From NCBI GenBank assembly GCA_002633005.1, contig NMRA01000160.1, positions 622,498-686,497 of the forward strand: DNA of 64,000 bases, in the 5' to 3' direction. Made by a program: the position numbers and the translations under genes. The notes below the pieces were generated by a model. It worked only from the letters and a program-made list of their open reading frames with translations. It did no database searches and was not told the DNA's origin. The stretch is from Phoronis australis (Eukaryota; Animalia; Phoronida). Of this stretch, positions 23,715 to 37,200 are shown in pieces. Within the stretch, counting starts at the first letter, position 1. Each line of letters starts with the position of its first letter.

Positions 23715-24326
23715 AGATTGGACTCAACCATGCCTTCAGTGACCAGTTCTGGACCCAGCGTCATAATTCAAAGGACTTTTTCCTGTTTTGGGAACCTATC
23801 ATTGAAATCTGCGAACTAAAACGAACCAATCTTTCCCTGCACCGTGGAGTGAATTTTTGAAAAGTCGAACTTATTACCAGGTGTAATGTTCGGTATAACA
23901 TAACAATCCGCAATTCTTCAAATCCGTGTCGTTCACGAATCTGATACCGACTGCCGGAAAGTCAATAGTGAGAAAGTCAATACTGTTTTATTGTAGGATT
24001 ACATCAGCCATGTAATTCATGGGAAGTGGATATGTTTGGGGTTTCGATTGTATGCCGAGCACTTGTTCGGTCTGCCACATACCGTTACCATTTTTTGACC
24101 CAAAACGTTATGGAGAGACTTTAAAAAACTTCCACGAAATTTCGGAATGGACAAAGGAACAATCGATTACACTGTGGGAAAGATACCATGTTTTGAAGTC
24201 ATATAACGCAGGCTTTTAGTGCAAAACAATCGAAAAACGTCATTTGATCTTGTTAACTTGATTTACGCTCACAGTGCACGCGCTAAGTCCGTGCAAATGA
24301 CGTATGTTGAAAGTTAGTAAACATTT

Positions 24327-24488
24327 TAAATCGGTAAATAAAACAACAGAAATAAAGTAAAATCAAACACGAAATTCATTTCGTGTTTGATTTTACTTTA
24401 TTTCTGTTTTTGTTGATAAAGGAAGTTGTTACCTCCGAAAATTTCAAATTTCAGTTGATCCATTCTTGTTGTTTTATTTACCGATTTA
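24327..24488. repeat. nested inverted repeat: 31-bp-arm palindrome (24345-24408) plus outer 22-bp arms
   Basis: aacagaaataaagtaaaatcaaacacgaaat-tc-atttcgtgtttgattttactttatttctgtt; taaatcggtaaataaaacaaca pairs with tgttgttttatttaccgattta. Confidence 0.95.
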
Positions 24489-25521
24489 TATTCTTCATTT
24501 CACGAAACAATAGTATCCTTGGGAGGATCTGGATCGCCTTATTTAGTTTCAGATATATTTTCTACGTTATTAAACATTTTAGACATTGAAAACACGCTTT
24601 GTTACAATAGCGTGATAGAAGAAACTGTGATGAGGTCTGTATACTAAACTAATATGTATACCCAGTACTCTACGCAGTGAGCCGACTGGTTTATACTTCC
24701 ATTGATAAATGTGACGTCAGAATCCAGATGTCATAAAAACGCTATATTTCCGACTTCGGCGACGTGCTGGTGGCGCTCTGCTGAAGTAGTGGCTTGCTGA
24801 CAGGAAGGTCACCGGGTCAAATCATGACCAGATCTCCGTTATTTCACAAAAAAATAAAAGGAACTAAAATGGCTTTAACATAGCGCGGCCAATACGAAGG
24901 CCGGCATGTGCGGTTAATATGGAAAACTTTTGACTCCGAAATAACTTGACCATTGGTGTACTTAAAATTTTATAGTCGGTCCAGATCCTATAATAGTCTG
25001 TTTCCATTAAATCTGTATTACTGCAGTTGGACTTTTCACTTGCTGGTGGTACCAAGATCGATACTCTTTACCTAAGAATCCAACATTCCGGAAAATTACC
25101 TCTCTAAAAATGTTCGTGTTAATTACGTTCTAGACCAAAGTGAATCTTCACCAACCACTCAGCGTTGTCAGGTTCTCGAATTTACATACGGAATCAAACC
25201 TTTCTAAAGAATTGCCTTTCTCCGACTTCCTTGATGAAAGAACCAAGCTACAGGCCTCTATACACGACACTACCATTTTATTTTTTTTTCTCATTTCATA
25301 CAGCGGGTGTCCTAAGAACGTCCCATTTAGGCGATTTAATTGCCTAGATCCACGGAAAGTACCTACGCTAAATCTGAAAAGCACTTGGATGAAAGAAACG
25401 TTTCCGTCTAGTTGTTATACAGCGGAAACAGCATTAAACTCACATGACTTGTGTAATATTTTTCAAACTGTTTTCATTTCCACAATTCTTAACGGATTTC
25501 TCCTATATTAAAAGTCTTTTA

Positions 25522-25755
25522 CGTGCGCGCACCCAGCTTAAAAAATGGGAGGCTCGTATATTTGAGGATATGGACCTTTTACTATAAAAAACGGGGTACA
25601 TTCAGAGCTATGAGATGTGCATTTGTCTAAGTTTGGTAATTCCTGCCTTTTTAGTGGACTTTTGTGTTGTTTTTTTCTCGTTTTCGGAGTTTTTGTTTTT
25701 CTGAGGCGGACCTTTTTGCCCACTTCGCCGAACACCCCCCTTGGGAGCGCGCATG
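25522..25755. mobile_element. putative MITE
   Basis: Imperfect TIR cgtgcgcgcacccag ... ttgggagcgcgcatg. Confidence 0.4.
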
Positions 25756-28700
25756 ATTTAAAAGGACATTATCGTTTTTACGGCCGAAAACTTATACTTG
25801 GGATTGATTATTTCTGGATGGGATCTATATTTTGAAGTCATTAGAAATGATCAGATCTACTAAACAATAAAAGGCACTGTTTTTGTGATTTTATTACATA
25901 TCACCAATCCAAGCATTCGCTGAAGCCAATGCCACAAAATCACCTTCCGGCTGATAACGTCATTTTAAGGCATTAGATGGAAGTTATTTTATGAAAGGTA
26001 TTATGAAGGAAGTTAAAGTGCGACTTTTGTGAGGTAACCGAGACTCGGTAGCACTGAATCAACGGCCTAGAAAATTCATAAAAAATGACGAGTTTTTCAG
26101 TAATCGTGCTTAAATTTTTGTTCTTTTATTCCTGTCGGTTTAATGGTTATCACTAATATCAGGAAGAGATAACCATGCTTATCTCTTTCTGCTAATGATG
26201 TATGATGTTGTGATAGTCATTAGATCCGAAGATTTAGATAAAAGTGTGTGCAACACCGCATTGTTTTTCGAAAAAATCAGCCACTGGAGATCATCCCGAG
26301 ATAAAAATTCAACTCTCGAGAAAGCTTTCACTGCCTTCAATCCCGTTAAACGGAAAAAATCTTAAACAGCCAATCGGAAATCTGTGAGAGTGTTCTGTGA
26401 AAGCACATCCCAAGTCTAACGAACTCGTCTCGCCACTGATGAGCGGAGTTATTGCCGAAGCAGCAACGTAATTAATTACTCGGCTACTACCAGCACGAGG
26501 CACAGCGGGTGCATTCAATTTGATCTACACCTGCGAGAGATTGGCATGTAGTAAGGAGTGTACGTGATCTCACTACCTTTCACTCACAAGTGTATGATAT
26601 TACTGAACGCGTCTCAGTCGATGAAAAGTATCAGGAACAATCACACTATCAAATGTGATTTTGTTCTGCAAGACTTCAAGGAAAACCCATTAAGATCAAT
26701 GGGATTTCTTTGACGCGATTTCACACAGGCTTTTCCTCTGGCTGGAAGGCGTTCTCAAAACGTCTTCTGCGGCCATATTCTGGTGTTGACTAAACGCATC
26801 AGCTTTCTTCGCAGGCGTGAAGACAGAAATGGGCGACTTTGCCCAAAATCAGTCTTCGAATGCGCCGTTTTTTTCTCAAATTGTACAACGCGCTGCAGTG
26901 GACTCACGCGCCAGCCATTGACTCCGTAGTCTCAAATTTGAGACTCCGAAAATACGCGAAGTACTCCAACTGCCCATATCTGTCCTACGAAAGCTCGTTA
27001 TGGCGGGTTTGACGTTCTGAGAACGAGTTTGGTGTGACAGGACGACGGGACGTTTTGTAAAAAACGATGTTAGAAAACTCTTTCTATTTTGGGATAGCCG
27101 CTAGAAAAAAAAATGAAAATCGAGTTAAGCCTCTTACTTTCACAAAATCGGTGCCAAAATATTCCTTGCCTTGACAGGATTCCAACAAGAACATCGAAAC
27201 CATCACTCAACAAAACGCCTCAGATTTAGTATTGGGGTTGGCCAACCCTAAATTGCAAATTGACTCGTAAGGTGGCGCATGAACGCATTGCCTGTGATTT
27301 GAGTTGGTAACAGAAATAAATCATGTCACCCCGAAGAACTATTATGAGACCGATTTTACAAGAGTATAAGGCCGAGTTCCATTTTCGTTTAGTGAGCCCG
27401 CAAACAGAACGAAATGCAACTTCACCGTTTAGTTTTTTTTTTTTGGTACACTACAGACGATTTCATTGCAATCATAAAAGCGCAACTTAATGGGGACAAG
27501 TCTAACCAAAATCCCCGGGGTATAACGTCGGCCCGATTGCCGCAAAACTGATTCGTACGCCGGTTTCACGGTATCATGTCGCCTGGTCATTCGCTGAGGA
27601 CTTTAGAGAAACAGAACAAATGGTAATAAATGGTGTAATTGTGCGCAAGCATGACCCATGCGCGCGCGTACGAGTGCTCCTGTGAACTTTGGCCAATATG
27701 TTGATATCTTTAAGAATTACATTTTATGAGCAATTGAATATAGCAGTAAAATGAAAGTCTTTGAAGCATCAAAAATGACAATAATTGTTTCTTTGGAGAA
27801 GTGTGTGTTCAACTATGGGCCGAATGTACCCTTGATAAAAGAAGCAAACTCAGCTAGCCCCTGCCAACCCAGAAATATCGCGTGGCATCTCTTTCTATGG
27901 TTCAGGGGCATAAATTGGTCGTTTTGAAGCACGTTCCTCTACCTTACATTATTACACAGGTATTTTCTATAACACTGACGTAAGGCGTCTTGCAAGAAAT
28001 AAAAATATACGCGAGAAATTTGCTACCACAAGAGAAATCTTTACGTCTGCTACCTAACATGGCGTGCACTGTAAATTCAAATTAACTGCGAACATTACGT
28101 GATTTTCGACAATGTATCATGCATTTTGTGGTAGATGTGGCCAATTCCCGATAATGACGCGAAACCGAACTCTTGGCCCCGGACCCTGCAGGTCTCCCAT
28201 CACACTAGTACTTGCACCATTTAGCGGCACTGCATTGTTGTTTAGGACACGTTTTATCCCGGGGTCGGTCAATTTTACGCAAACGGGAAAGCGCGCGTTC
28301 CGCAAACATGTAGAACCCGGTATTTGTAGTTTGGACACAACATCTCTTTTTCAAGAATGAATGGCGCATTCGTGCAAGCTGAATCTACCAATTCCCGGCC
28401 GCTCTTATTGTCACCTCACTGAATGCAATGGTCATATAAGTTGCTGACATCAGTCTGAAGACAATTCCGTAACAGAGTCCTTTTGATGAACGCATGCCAC
28501 TTTTTGGCTAACACAGCACCTCTGGGTATCTTGACAACGGAAATGCACGGATTGTAGCGACTGTTACCGTAGCCGCCAGACAAAAATCGACTAATCGAAA
28601 TTCTCTGTTTGCTGTCAGTTAGTGGCGCGAATCTACTAAGTAAAATGTCTATTTGTAGAACGCGTTGATGGTGAGCTGCCGTTTTGGTCTGAGGTTTGCC

Positions 28701-31700
28701 TATCATTGATGTATGTGACTTCTTAAATCATATTTACGGATGTTTAACCGTGGGTCTATCCATAGAAATTACTGTTGATTCGAAAGTCACGTACGATCGA
28801 TAGACAAACGGCCTAACACCAATAAAACGAGACACCTCATCAGTACCGGCCTTCTAAGAATAGACAGCGTAGTCAGATTTACGCTACCCAACGTCATCGA
28901 GTGTAGTCGATGCGGAGACGCACGTCGGGACGATCACGTTGTTCGTGTCATTTATCAGTATGGGGTCAGTGGCTGCGACAACAGACGCTACAACCTGCAC
29001 ATTCTTTGTGATTTACCGTAGTAAAAACCCAGTGTGAGCCGTGCAAGATATTATCTTCAACTTATTAGTCTGTCTCTGATGTAAGTAGCTCGATTGTTTA
29101 GTGTGGCGTCATTTCGACGTTTTCGACCCAGTCAAATAAAATTTAAAAAAAAACGATATTAAAAACAATAACGATACGCCTAATTAGGTCAGATTTACGT
29201 AGCCCTTTAAATTACATAAGCTTTTCGAAAATTTGAGCTACAGACATGGTCAGCAGTAACCTTCTCAGTCAACTCAACTGCGTGGAGCGGTTCATTGGGT
29301 AGGCTTCACCTGAAGTCGTTTGTTGGCGCACACGGGTTAATCTAAACACATAGTTTTGTAAATGTTTCAAGTCCTAGAATGACCCCGTAGCTACCTGAGC
29401 AGAAAAAAAATATATAATTGACTGTCCATGTGATATGACTGCATTTCTATGCTTATTTGCGGCTTCAAATCACGTCCTGTGTGTCAGGCATGTCATGCAC
29501 ATCCGGCGTAATTATAAAGCGAGGACTGAGTTGGTAGCTATGCATGTATTACAAGCTTTATAAACGATTTAGGGCCAAGTAGGGCAATAAAAATGTTCCT
29601 ATTAAGCTAACTTCGGAACATATCTCAGACTATAAAAGGCCGATCCACATTCGGAACTTTCAGATACTGTGCCGTACTTGTTCTCAGTCCAAAACGTTGT
29701 ATAGTAACAGCTTTTACAATAATCCACGTTTACACCAGGGGCTATTAAAATACGACTTATGGTTCATGTGAACAAGCCAAAGTCGCATGAACTGAAAACT
29801 AAATGATAGTTAAGAAAACTGTATCGGCTTTTTTGAGATTCAAGTCATGAGTTTGAATGAGATTCGGTCCTTGTCGACACGTTGTTTCAAGTTGCTATGA
29901 ACGTAGGCCTATTTTGTTAGCTAAATTTTACTTAAAGATCGGGTAACCAGACCCAATTAATGACAGAGTGGTACAAACTACAAAAATATAATACTACAGG
30001 TTTTCTAATTTCAGAAAATATTTTTACGAGTCGACATCTACTGTATAGTTTTGCTTTTATGACAAGTTTGTCCACTCATGATAAGGTACCGCAGTAACAG
30101 TCACCTAAAGTTTCGGGCCTATTCCTGTCGAGACTCCACGATGCCTCTATTTGGTGGGCCAATATTGTCTTCATTATCTTAAAATCACGGAAAGTTCCTC
30201 TCAGCACCCAAAATTCGCCTCCAATGATCAAAAAAAAAAAAAAATACCCGCAAATTCAGTCCCTCGGAAAATCACATATCTAGTGAACCCTGATGAGATG
30301 CCAATGTAACTTTCACGTACTAAACTTGATGTGGTGTTCTCCAACGTAATTATAGGAATTGTTTTTTAAAATGGTCCAACTTTGCAGGAGGGTCTATCAG
30401 AAACAGAGCATTTTTGATTCTATGGAAAATTCTAAGATTGCATGAAACGAAAACAAATTATTTACAAAACTGTAACAGTGTTTTTGAAAATTCATGTTGA
30501 ACATTTATATCAAACCTTATTGATGTCACTGCTTTGTTATAAATTTTAATTTCTTGAGAAATTAATGACCAAATTTAATTCCACATGTTTGCCATAGTGT
30601 GTCTTAAAGTGATTTTTTAGCACAAGTAATTAATTAAGGTTTTGGAGAATTTCGTCAGTGAACAGAACAATAGAGGGAGGATTTTGCCTGCAATTGTTAT
30701 GTTATGACTGATGAGCACAAAAGCCAATAGACAGAACAACAGTGTTAAACAAAAACTTTATTGCATTTAGCATAACCACTCTGGAGGCAATACAACTAGT
30801 AGTTTGACCTACATTCAGTTGGCAGTGAATGGATGGCTTTGTTGGTCTTTATGCCTCAACCCTGCTCAAATGTTCCCAGTAGGCAGCGAATTGATTTTCC
30901 ATTAAAATTCATAAACTCATGCTTTTAGCGCATACGTCAGATCCTATAGGTCGCCCACACACTCATGTGTTCTATTGATCACTGTAGGTCAGAGGCAGCT
31001 CAGCAAACCAGAGACTACAAAAAGAAAAAGAATGCAATTAGTAATAACCCTTGGTAGACAAGAAAAAACAAGATCAACAGAAAATCGTGTATCATTTTGC
31101 ACTTGAAAATAAGGGAACAGGTCGACCTGCACATTTGCACAGTTTATGTACAAATATATCATTGGATAGATGAAGTTTTGCAAGTACATGCTACCTACCT
31201 ACGGTAAAACCTCTTCACTTTCTGGCAAACATAATTGCCAAAATTGACCGTTTCCATTTTTCAGAAAGGCTTCTAGGGTCGTTGCGAATGCCCTCAATTT
31301 TTCAAAATGTTTTCTGCAGGTAGCTACAAAATGATACAAAACTTAGATAGGGAAACTAGCCACTGGTACTGACACATCAGTGTGAAAAATGAGAAATTAA
31401 TGACACTTGACCTGTCCCCCAATGTTGTGTGAGATTTAACTGAATCAGCAGGAGCAGAAGAACCACAAGAAGTAGGGTTTATTTATTACATTCATTGTTC
31501 ACTGTACAACACGATAAGAATTGCAATAATGATTTGTATCCAGCTCGAATTGGGTTTATTTGTCAATTCAAAATGAAACAATAACAAATCACATATAACT
31601 ACAACTACGCTTACACCGACTTCAAAAATTTGGGATATTGTCTAAGAAAATAATGAAGTGATAATTGTAATCCTCACTCTGTTAAAGTCTGGAAAGTAAG

Positions 31701-34058
31701 ATACTTGGAGAGGTGTATTAAAAAAAATAAAATTATTCTAAGTGACCGAGATGATGAAGATGTTTGCATGTATACTTTGCAAAATGTATGTAATTTATTT
31801 AAAACTCCATTGCATGACATGTTGCGCACTTAATATTCAATCCGTTGGGTATGTGCCCATAAGCTGTGCTAATTCTCAAACAACCATCCCATTGTTCTAT
31901 GATGGATAAATAATTTAAAAAAAGAAGTTTTCCAGAAGTGATGCGTGTGAACAGTATTCATAATGCAAATGAAGTTTTCACATAGGCATGAAAGCTTCTC
32001 CCAACAAAAATGCATTCAGGAACCCACAAAAGTGACGCATGTTGTGGTAGCCCATGAAACTGATTTACATGGCAGTAGCCCTAAATGCCTTGGAACATTC
32101 AACGGTGGCTTCAAAGTGAACAAAACATTCAGAGACAACATTGATCACTTTACAAGTATCATCAGTAGAACACACAACACACAGCTGGGAAGATAGTGTT
32201 TTATTGTTAGCATAATTTACAACAACAAAATCACTAGTCTTCCACACTGGGTGTAATAGATCTCTTAACGAATTAAGCAGCGATTCGAAATGAGAAATAG
32301 CCTACTATTCATGCTGACAAGCATACACTACAAAACTCAACGTATTTTACATGTATTTTGACCTATCATTAGAGGCGAGGGAGCATTAACTTATGCACAA
32401 CAGGCCAAATACGATTCATTAAACAGTGATCTCCTAAACTGCTCATGCCTATGTGCACTGGACTACCTTACATAAAATTTTCAGTCACTTGTTATACTGC
32501 ACTTGCTATTTGATATTGTGATGATACTGACAAGCTATAGGCCAAGATAACCAAACTCTTAAGGGCTTTGTGTAGGTTCCTATCAACAAGTCGGTGTACT
32601 GTTAACCGAATGTCTTCAAAACTATAGACTGTAGAAAGTGTGAAGAATTCGATTCTCAAATTATTACTAAGCTGTCAATAACTGGGTCAGGTGATCATAA
32701 AATTACCAAAAAGGAACATATGTAGGAAGCAAAAACAAAGATATCAACAATACGAGCAAATTTCGTTTTGTACAAATGTTCAAGGAAATCTCAAAAATGA
32801 TGTTACAGTTCCCAAATTCTCATTTTGTCTTTGTTTTATGCAACTTACTTGATTTTTTCACAAAAATTGTGGAAGTTCCATTTTTGATAGACCCTCACAC
32901 AAAATGGAACATTTTAAAAAGAATTCCTTACAGCATGGAGAACAGTGCACATGCCATACTATCTGAAAGTTTCATGTGAATCCGATCAGCCATTTCGGAA
33001 ATATTACGTTCTCAAATTGACCAAATTTGGACATTTTTAGGGTCCTACAAAACCTTAGTGCTGCTGCGCTAGTGTGTCATATTTTTTCATGGTTGCCATG
33101 CATTACATGCTATCACGGCATTTTTACATGTTTGGCACGGCGGTAGTATGGCAATTTTTTACGCACTCTTTTCATGGATTACGCATTTTTTCCACGTTGT
33201 ACATGCCCAAAAGCGTTAAACTGGTGTTTATTTCTCACCCACGTACAGTAGCTGCTGCTGGTGATGACTATGATGGATGTTGACGAGCATGATGACGGTT
33301 GACGATCAAATCACCACCTTAACCTTTGACGTCTGTTAAGCACGGTATGCCTCTGGTACCAGACTGTTAAGATCACTGATCCATCACCTTGGCCTCACAC
33401 CCGACCCACACATATCAATCTGAAATACGCACACAATACAATAAACTTACACGAACGTGAAAAGCGAAGAGATTTTTTCTTTCACAAATCAAAGTAACAT
33501 TGTTAAGTTACCAAGCCCTGTGTATACAATGTGCAATTCAATTCGAGAAAGCTAGTTTTACTTTGTTTCTGATGGCACCTATATCCCATACCACATACAA
33601 CACACACTGAAACAGCACGACTGATGATTCTTCTACCAACTATCAACTGAACAATACTGTAGTGCCCTTACAACACCACAGGTGTCACCCCGAGTGGCAA
33701 CATAACAAAAAACCCAAACATTCATTACTGACTGGTGGACTGGACAAATGAAGATTTGCTTCTCTTCAGAACAACAACTGAAAGCATTACAAAAAAAGAA
33801 AACCTCAGTTGACGAAGAACTTCTCAGAGGCCAGTCAGTTACAGAAGCATCAAACCTCAGTGAAGTGTATGAACTCGCTATAAGTGTATTGTTGAACATA
33901 ACAGATTTAAAAAAATCAAACCAGAGCTACAGTTAATATATACAGAATTTGACATTTTCAATCCTTGAAGTCTTTTGATACGTATTCGACTTCACTTGAC
34001 AGTAATTCTTCAGTTGTCAGTTTACACAAAAAAATAATTGCCATGGATATTTTCATAG

Positions 34059-34239
34059 GCTGATTACAATGAAAAAGGGGAACATGAACTTAGAGCGCCT
34101 TCAGCCAAAAACCAGCTATCAGTTTAGGCCACGTACAGTCATAAAATCGGCCTCATCTTGGGATGAACTAACGAGTCCTGATGGCTGTTTAACACCAGGT
34201 CCATTTAGTAGTTTGTCACAGTGGGTTAGCATGACAAGA
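34059..34239 (+). pseudogene. fibronectin type III-like exon or remnant
   Basis: tttcatag acceptor, then LERLQPKTSYQFRPRTV...PGPFSSLSQWV, resembling the FN3 LxPxTxYxFRVxA...GPxS consensus; no complete gene context. Confidence 0.35.
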
Positions 34240-37200
34240 GTATGGCCCACTAGGGAATTCCAGGTGGTTCATTGTGGCCACTATAAATTCAAACAAATTG
34301 TAATACCCTGATGGGTGGTGTTGCTTCAGAAAACAATACCAAATATGCCTGCAAAGAAAGCTGATGTTTTTCCAACACCAAAACATGGTTGGCTGGGGTT
34401 TCAGAAATGAACGTGTGCTACTTTATTAAAGCTGTTCAATGAAAACTATGTTAACGAGAAATAATTTTTTTCTAAATATTATTCATCGTTGATAACGTTG
34501 TATAAAACACTACACTTCAACCCTATTGGGTGAGAATTTGGTGAAGAATTACAACAGTGGACCTCTTGACCGCTGAAGGTGGTGACCAACAAAATGGAAT
34601 TGTCAAAATAGACAAAATTCAACACTCCCATAATAAAGCATTAGTTGCATTTTTACAAGAAAAGAGCAGTTCACCAGTTAATGTAACAAAGGGTACAGTA
34701 TCAATACAGGGTAAGAATTAAGCACAAAGAGCAAAGTGACCAATGAGGTGGTAGCTTAACTCCTAATTATGGGTACTGTGAATAATTTTTACTGGTTGAA
34801 TTTGAATAACTGCAAACATTTTCATGACCCTCGTCTTTTTGTTTGGGGAGTGGGCGGCAGGGTTGGGCAATAGTCATTTACAGGGATATTGGACTTCGTT
34901 GAGAACCAATTTGATGCCATGTTCTTGAAATGTCAGACCCAGTCTCTAATTCACTATTACATGGAGTTGTCCAACTTGGTGTTTTTGACTGCTGACCTAG
35001 CTTGTGTACTTATCTTAATGGTCTAAATATCCTAAAGAATTCAAGATATTTGAATAGGGTAACACCTAATGCAGGCTTTGAAACAAGTAGCAAAAAAAAT
35101 CTTGTAACTATTTTAGTTTGTTTCAAACCTTTGAAAAGCTAACTTGGTTTTGCTTAAGTCCCCAACAACAAAGCCAAAATATGTCGGAGTGTGGGATTAA
35201 AATGCAAGTTCTAAACCATGCATCTGACCATTCCAGTATCAGTGATCATAACAGGCTTAGTGGAATGAAGAAAAACACTAATCAATCTTATCTCTTACTG
35301 AATACACATCTCCACAATTAATCCCACAAGCTCAGATCAGCTGACAATATTGCTGGTCTTCTTAACCTTTGTGTGTGTACCCATACAGTTGACCACTCAC
35401 AAAGCTTAGACATTCCATGCATAATTTATAACTCAAGTACTGTACCAAAACTCACATCACAGTGTGTGTGTGTACACTGGGCATATTTAAGGCTAAACTT
35501 CCAAGACAATTGCAGTTGCATAACAAGTCATATTGATCTGGTATTATACTGCAATTATACTGTTGCCAAGGAGACCAGGACAATGGAGGGTTGTAGGGAG
35601 ATTATATGTCTTGTTTCCTACCCTATATTAATTCATTGGGCAGCTGATTGTGGATTTTAACAAATTAAATCATAAGCTAAAACCTGATATTAGTAAGGTC
35701 CATTCATTACACTGTGCCGGCTAATTGGGACCATCTATTTAGTTTCAAATCTTATGCATGGAAAATTTACACAAAACATTTACAACAAAACTGTGGCCAA
35801 CTTCCCCATTTCAGTTTGAATTTTTATATAATAACGAAGACATAATTGTTTCCCAATTTATTCAACACTAAATCAAAGTGGTCAATTTTTTCTCATCTAC
35901 CACAATTTTGGCCTATTTGAATTCTCAGAGACCCTTTTTAGCACAAAAAAACACTTCAATAGCAATAACTGACTTTCGACGAAAAAGACATTTCCAATTT
36001 GCCATGTATTTTAGACACAAAAAACAAAGCTTACCTTGGATTGATGTACCTCCAGTGTGGCACTTGCTCAAGGTATTTCACCACTGTGTACATGTCGGCG
36101 ACTCTCCCCCATTTCCCCTGCACTCCCAATACACCAAGACAGAGCTAGTAGAAGACAGTCCTCCGCCATTATCGCATGCCACTAACACCTCGGTACCTGC
36201 GCTAACGACTATTTAAATGACCAGGTAAGACAACTAATCAATGCTCTATTCAAGAGAATCGACCAATAGGAGTGAGCCACACAGGCGAGGTGCCATTGAT
36301 TTCCACACAACAGTTCTACATACTATGGATTTGAAGGAGTTGAGTAAGAACAATGCATAGCTAATCAATGATTAATCATATGGTATACATCGGCTCAATC
36401 CAGCATTTATAATTCATTTCAGAGCTCCCCGCAGATCAATATATGACCATGCTATTGTCCTGTCTGTTTCCTGATAGTGTCACATTCTATTCTACAAATA
36501 TTGACGAATAAAATGGCCTAATACCGTCACCACCACCACAACCAATACTCAGTCGAATGCCATTTGCCATGTTAATATTATTTTAGTCCATAGCTGAAGT
36601 GAATGAGACACCTCAGGAGGGGGAGTTGGTTTTAAAAAATTCACTACTTGGACTATTTTAATACACTGCTTTAAAACATAAACAAAATGGCTGTACATTG
36701 AGACTGGTACACGTCGGACCCCAGAACTACGTCTAAATTTGATTAATTGTGGAAAGTCTTTTCTCAGAAATGGCTGACACGTATAAAACTGCCACATATT
36801 CTGCTTTGATGAAACATTTCACTTTTGCATGACAGACAATCAAAAATAGGACTTTTAGTATGATTTTTATGAAAAATATCACATGAAACACGAACAAACT
36901 ATTTTAGATCGCTACGACAGTGTTTTTATCAAACCTTATATCAAATGAAATTTGGTTACATATATTATTGATACCATTGTTTTGCCATGACTGTTAATTT
37001 CTTTTTTTCTTAAATTTCATTAAAACACCTGATCACGTTGCCCAGTTAATGACGTATTGGTATAAAACTGGAAATCAGTCTGCAGACGGAAAACATATAC
37101 TTTGTTTTTTAGATATTTGGACTTTTCTATAACGTCCTACATCAAAACCCAAAAGGAACAATCGCCTACATGTCCTTTCAAACGTAGAGTCTTGAACACA

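Noticed and set aside
28950-29085. THAP-like start (VSGCDNRRYNL) with a downstream gtaagt
   Set aside because: Too short, interrupted by stops, and lacking the remaining THAP residues.
31963-32196. 77-aa ORF with THVVVA, reminiscent of stonustoxin-like proteins
   Set aside because: Only a few matching residues and no supporting splice structure.
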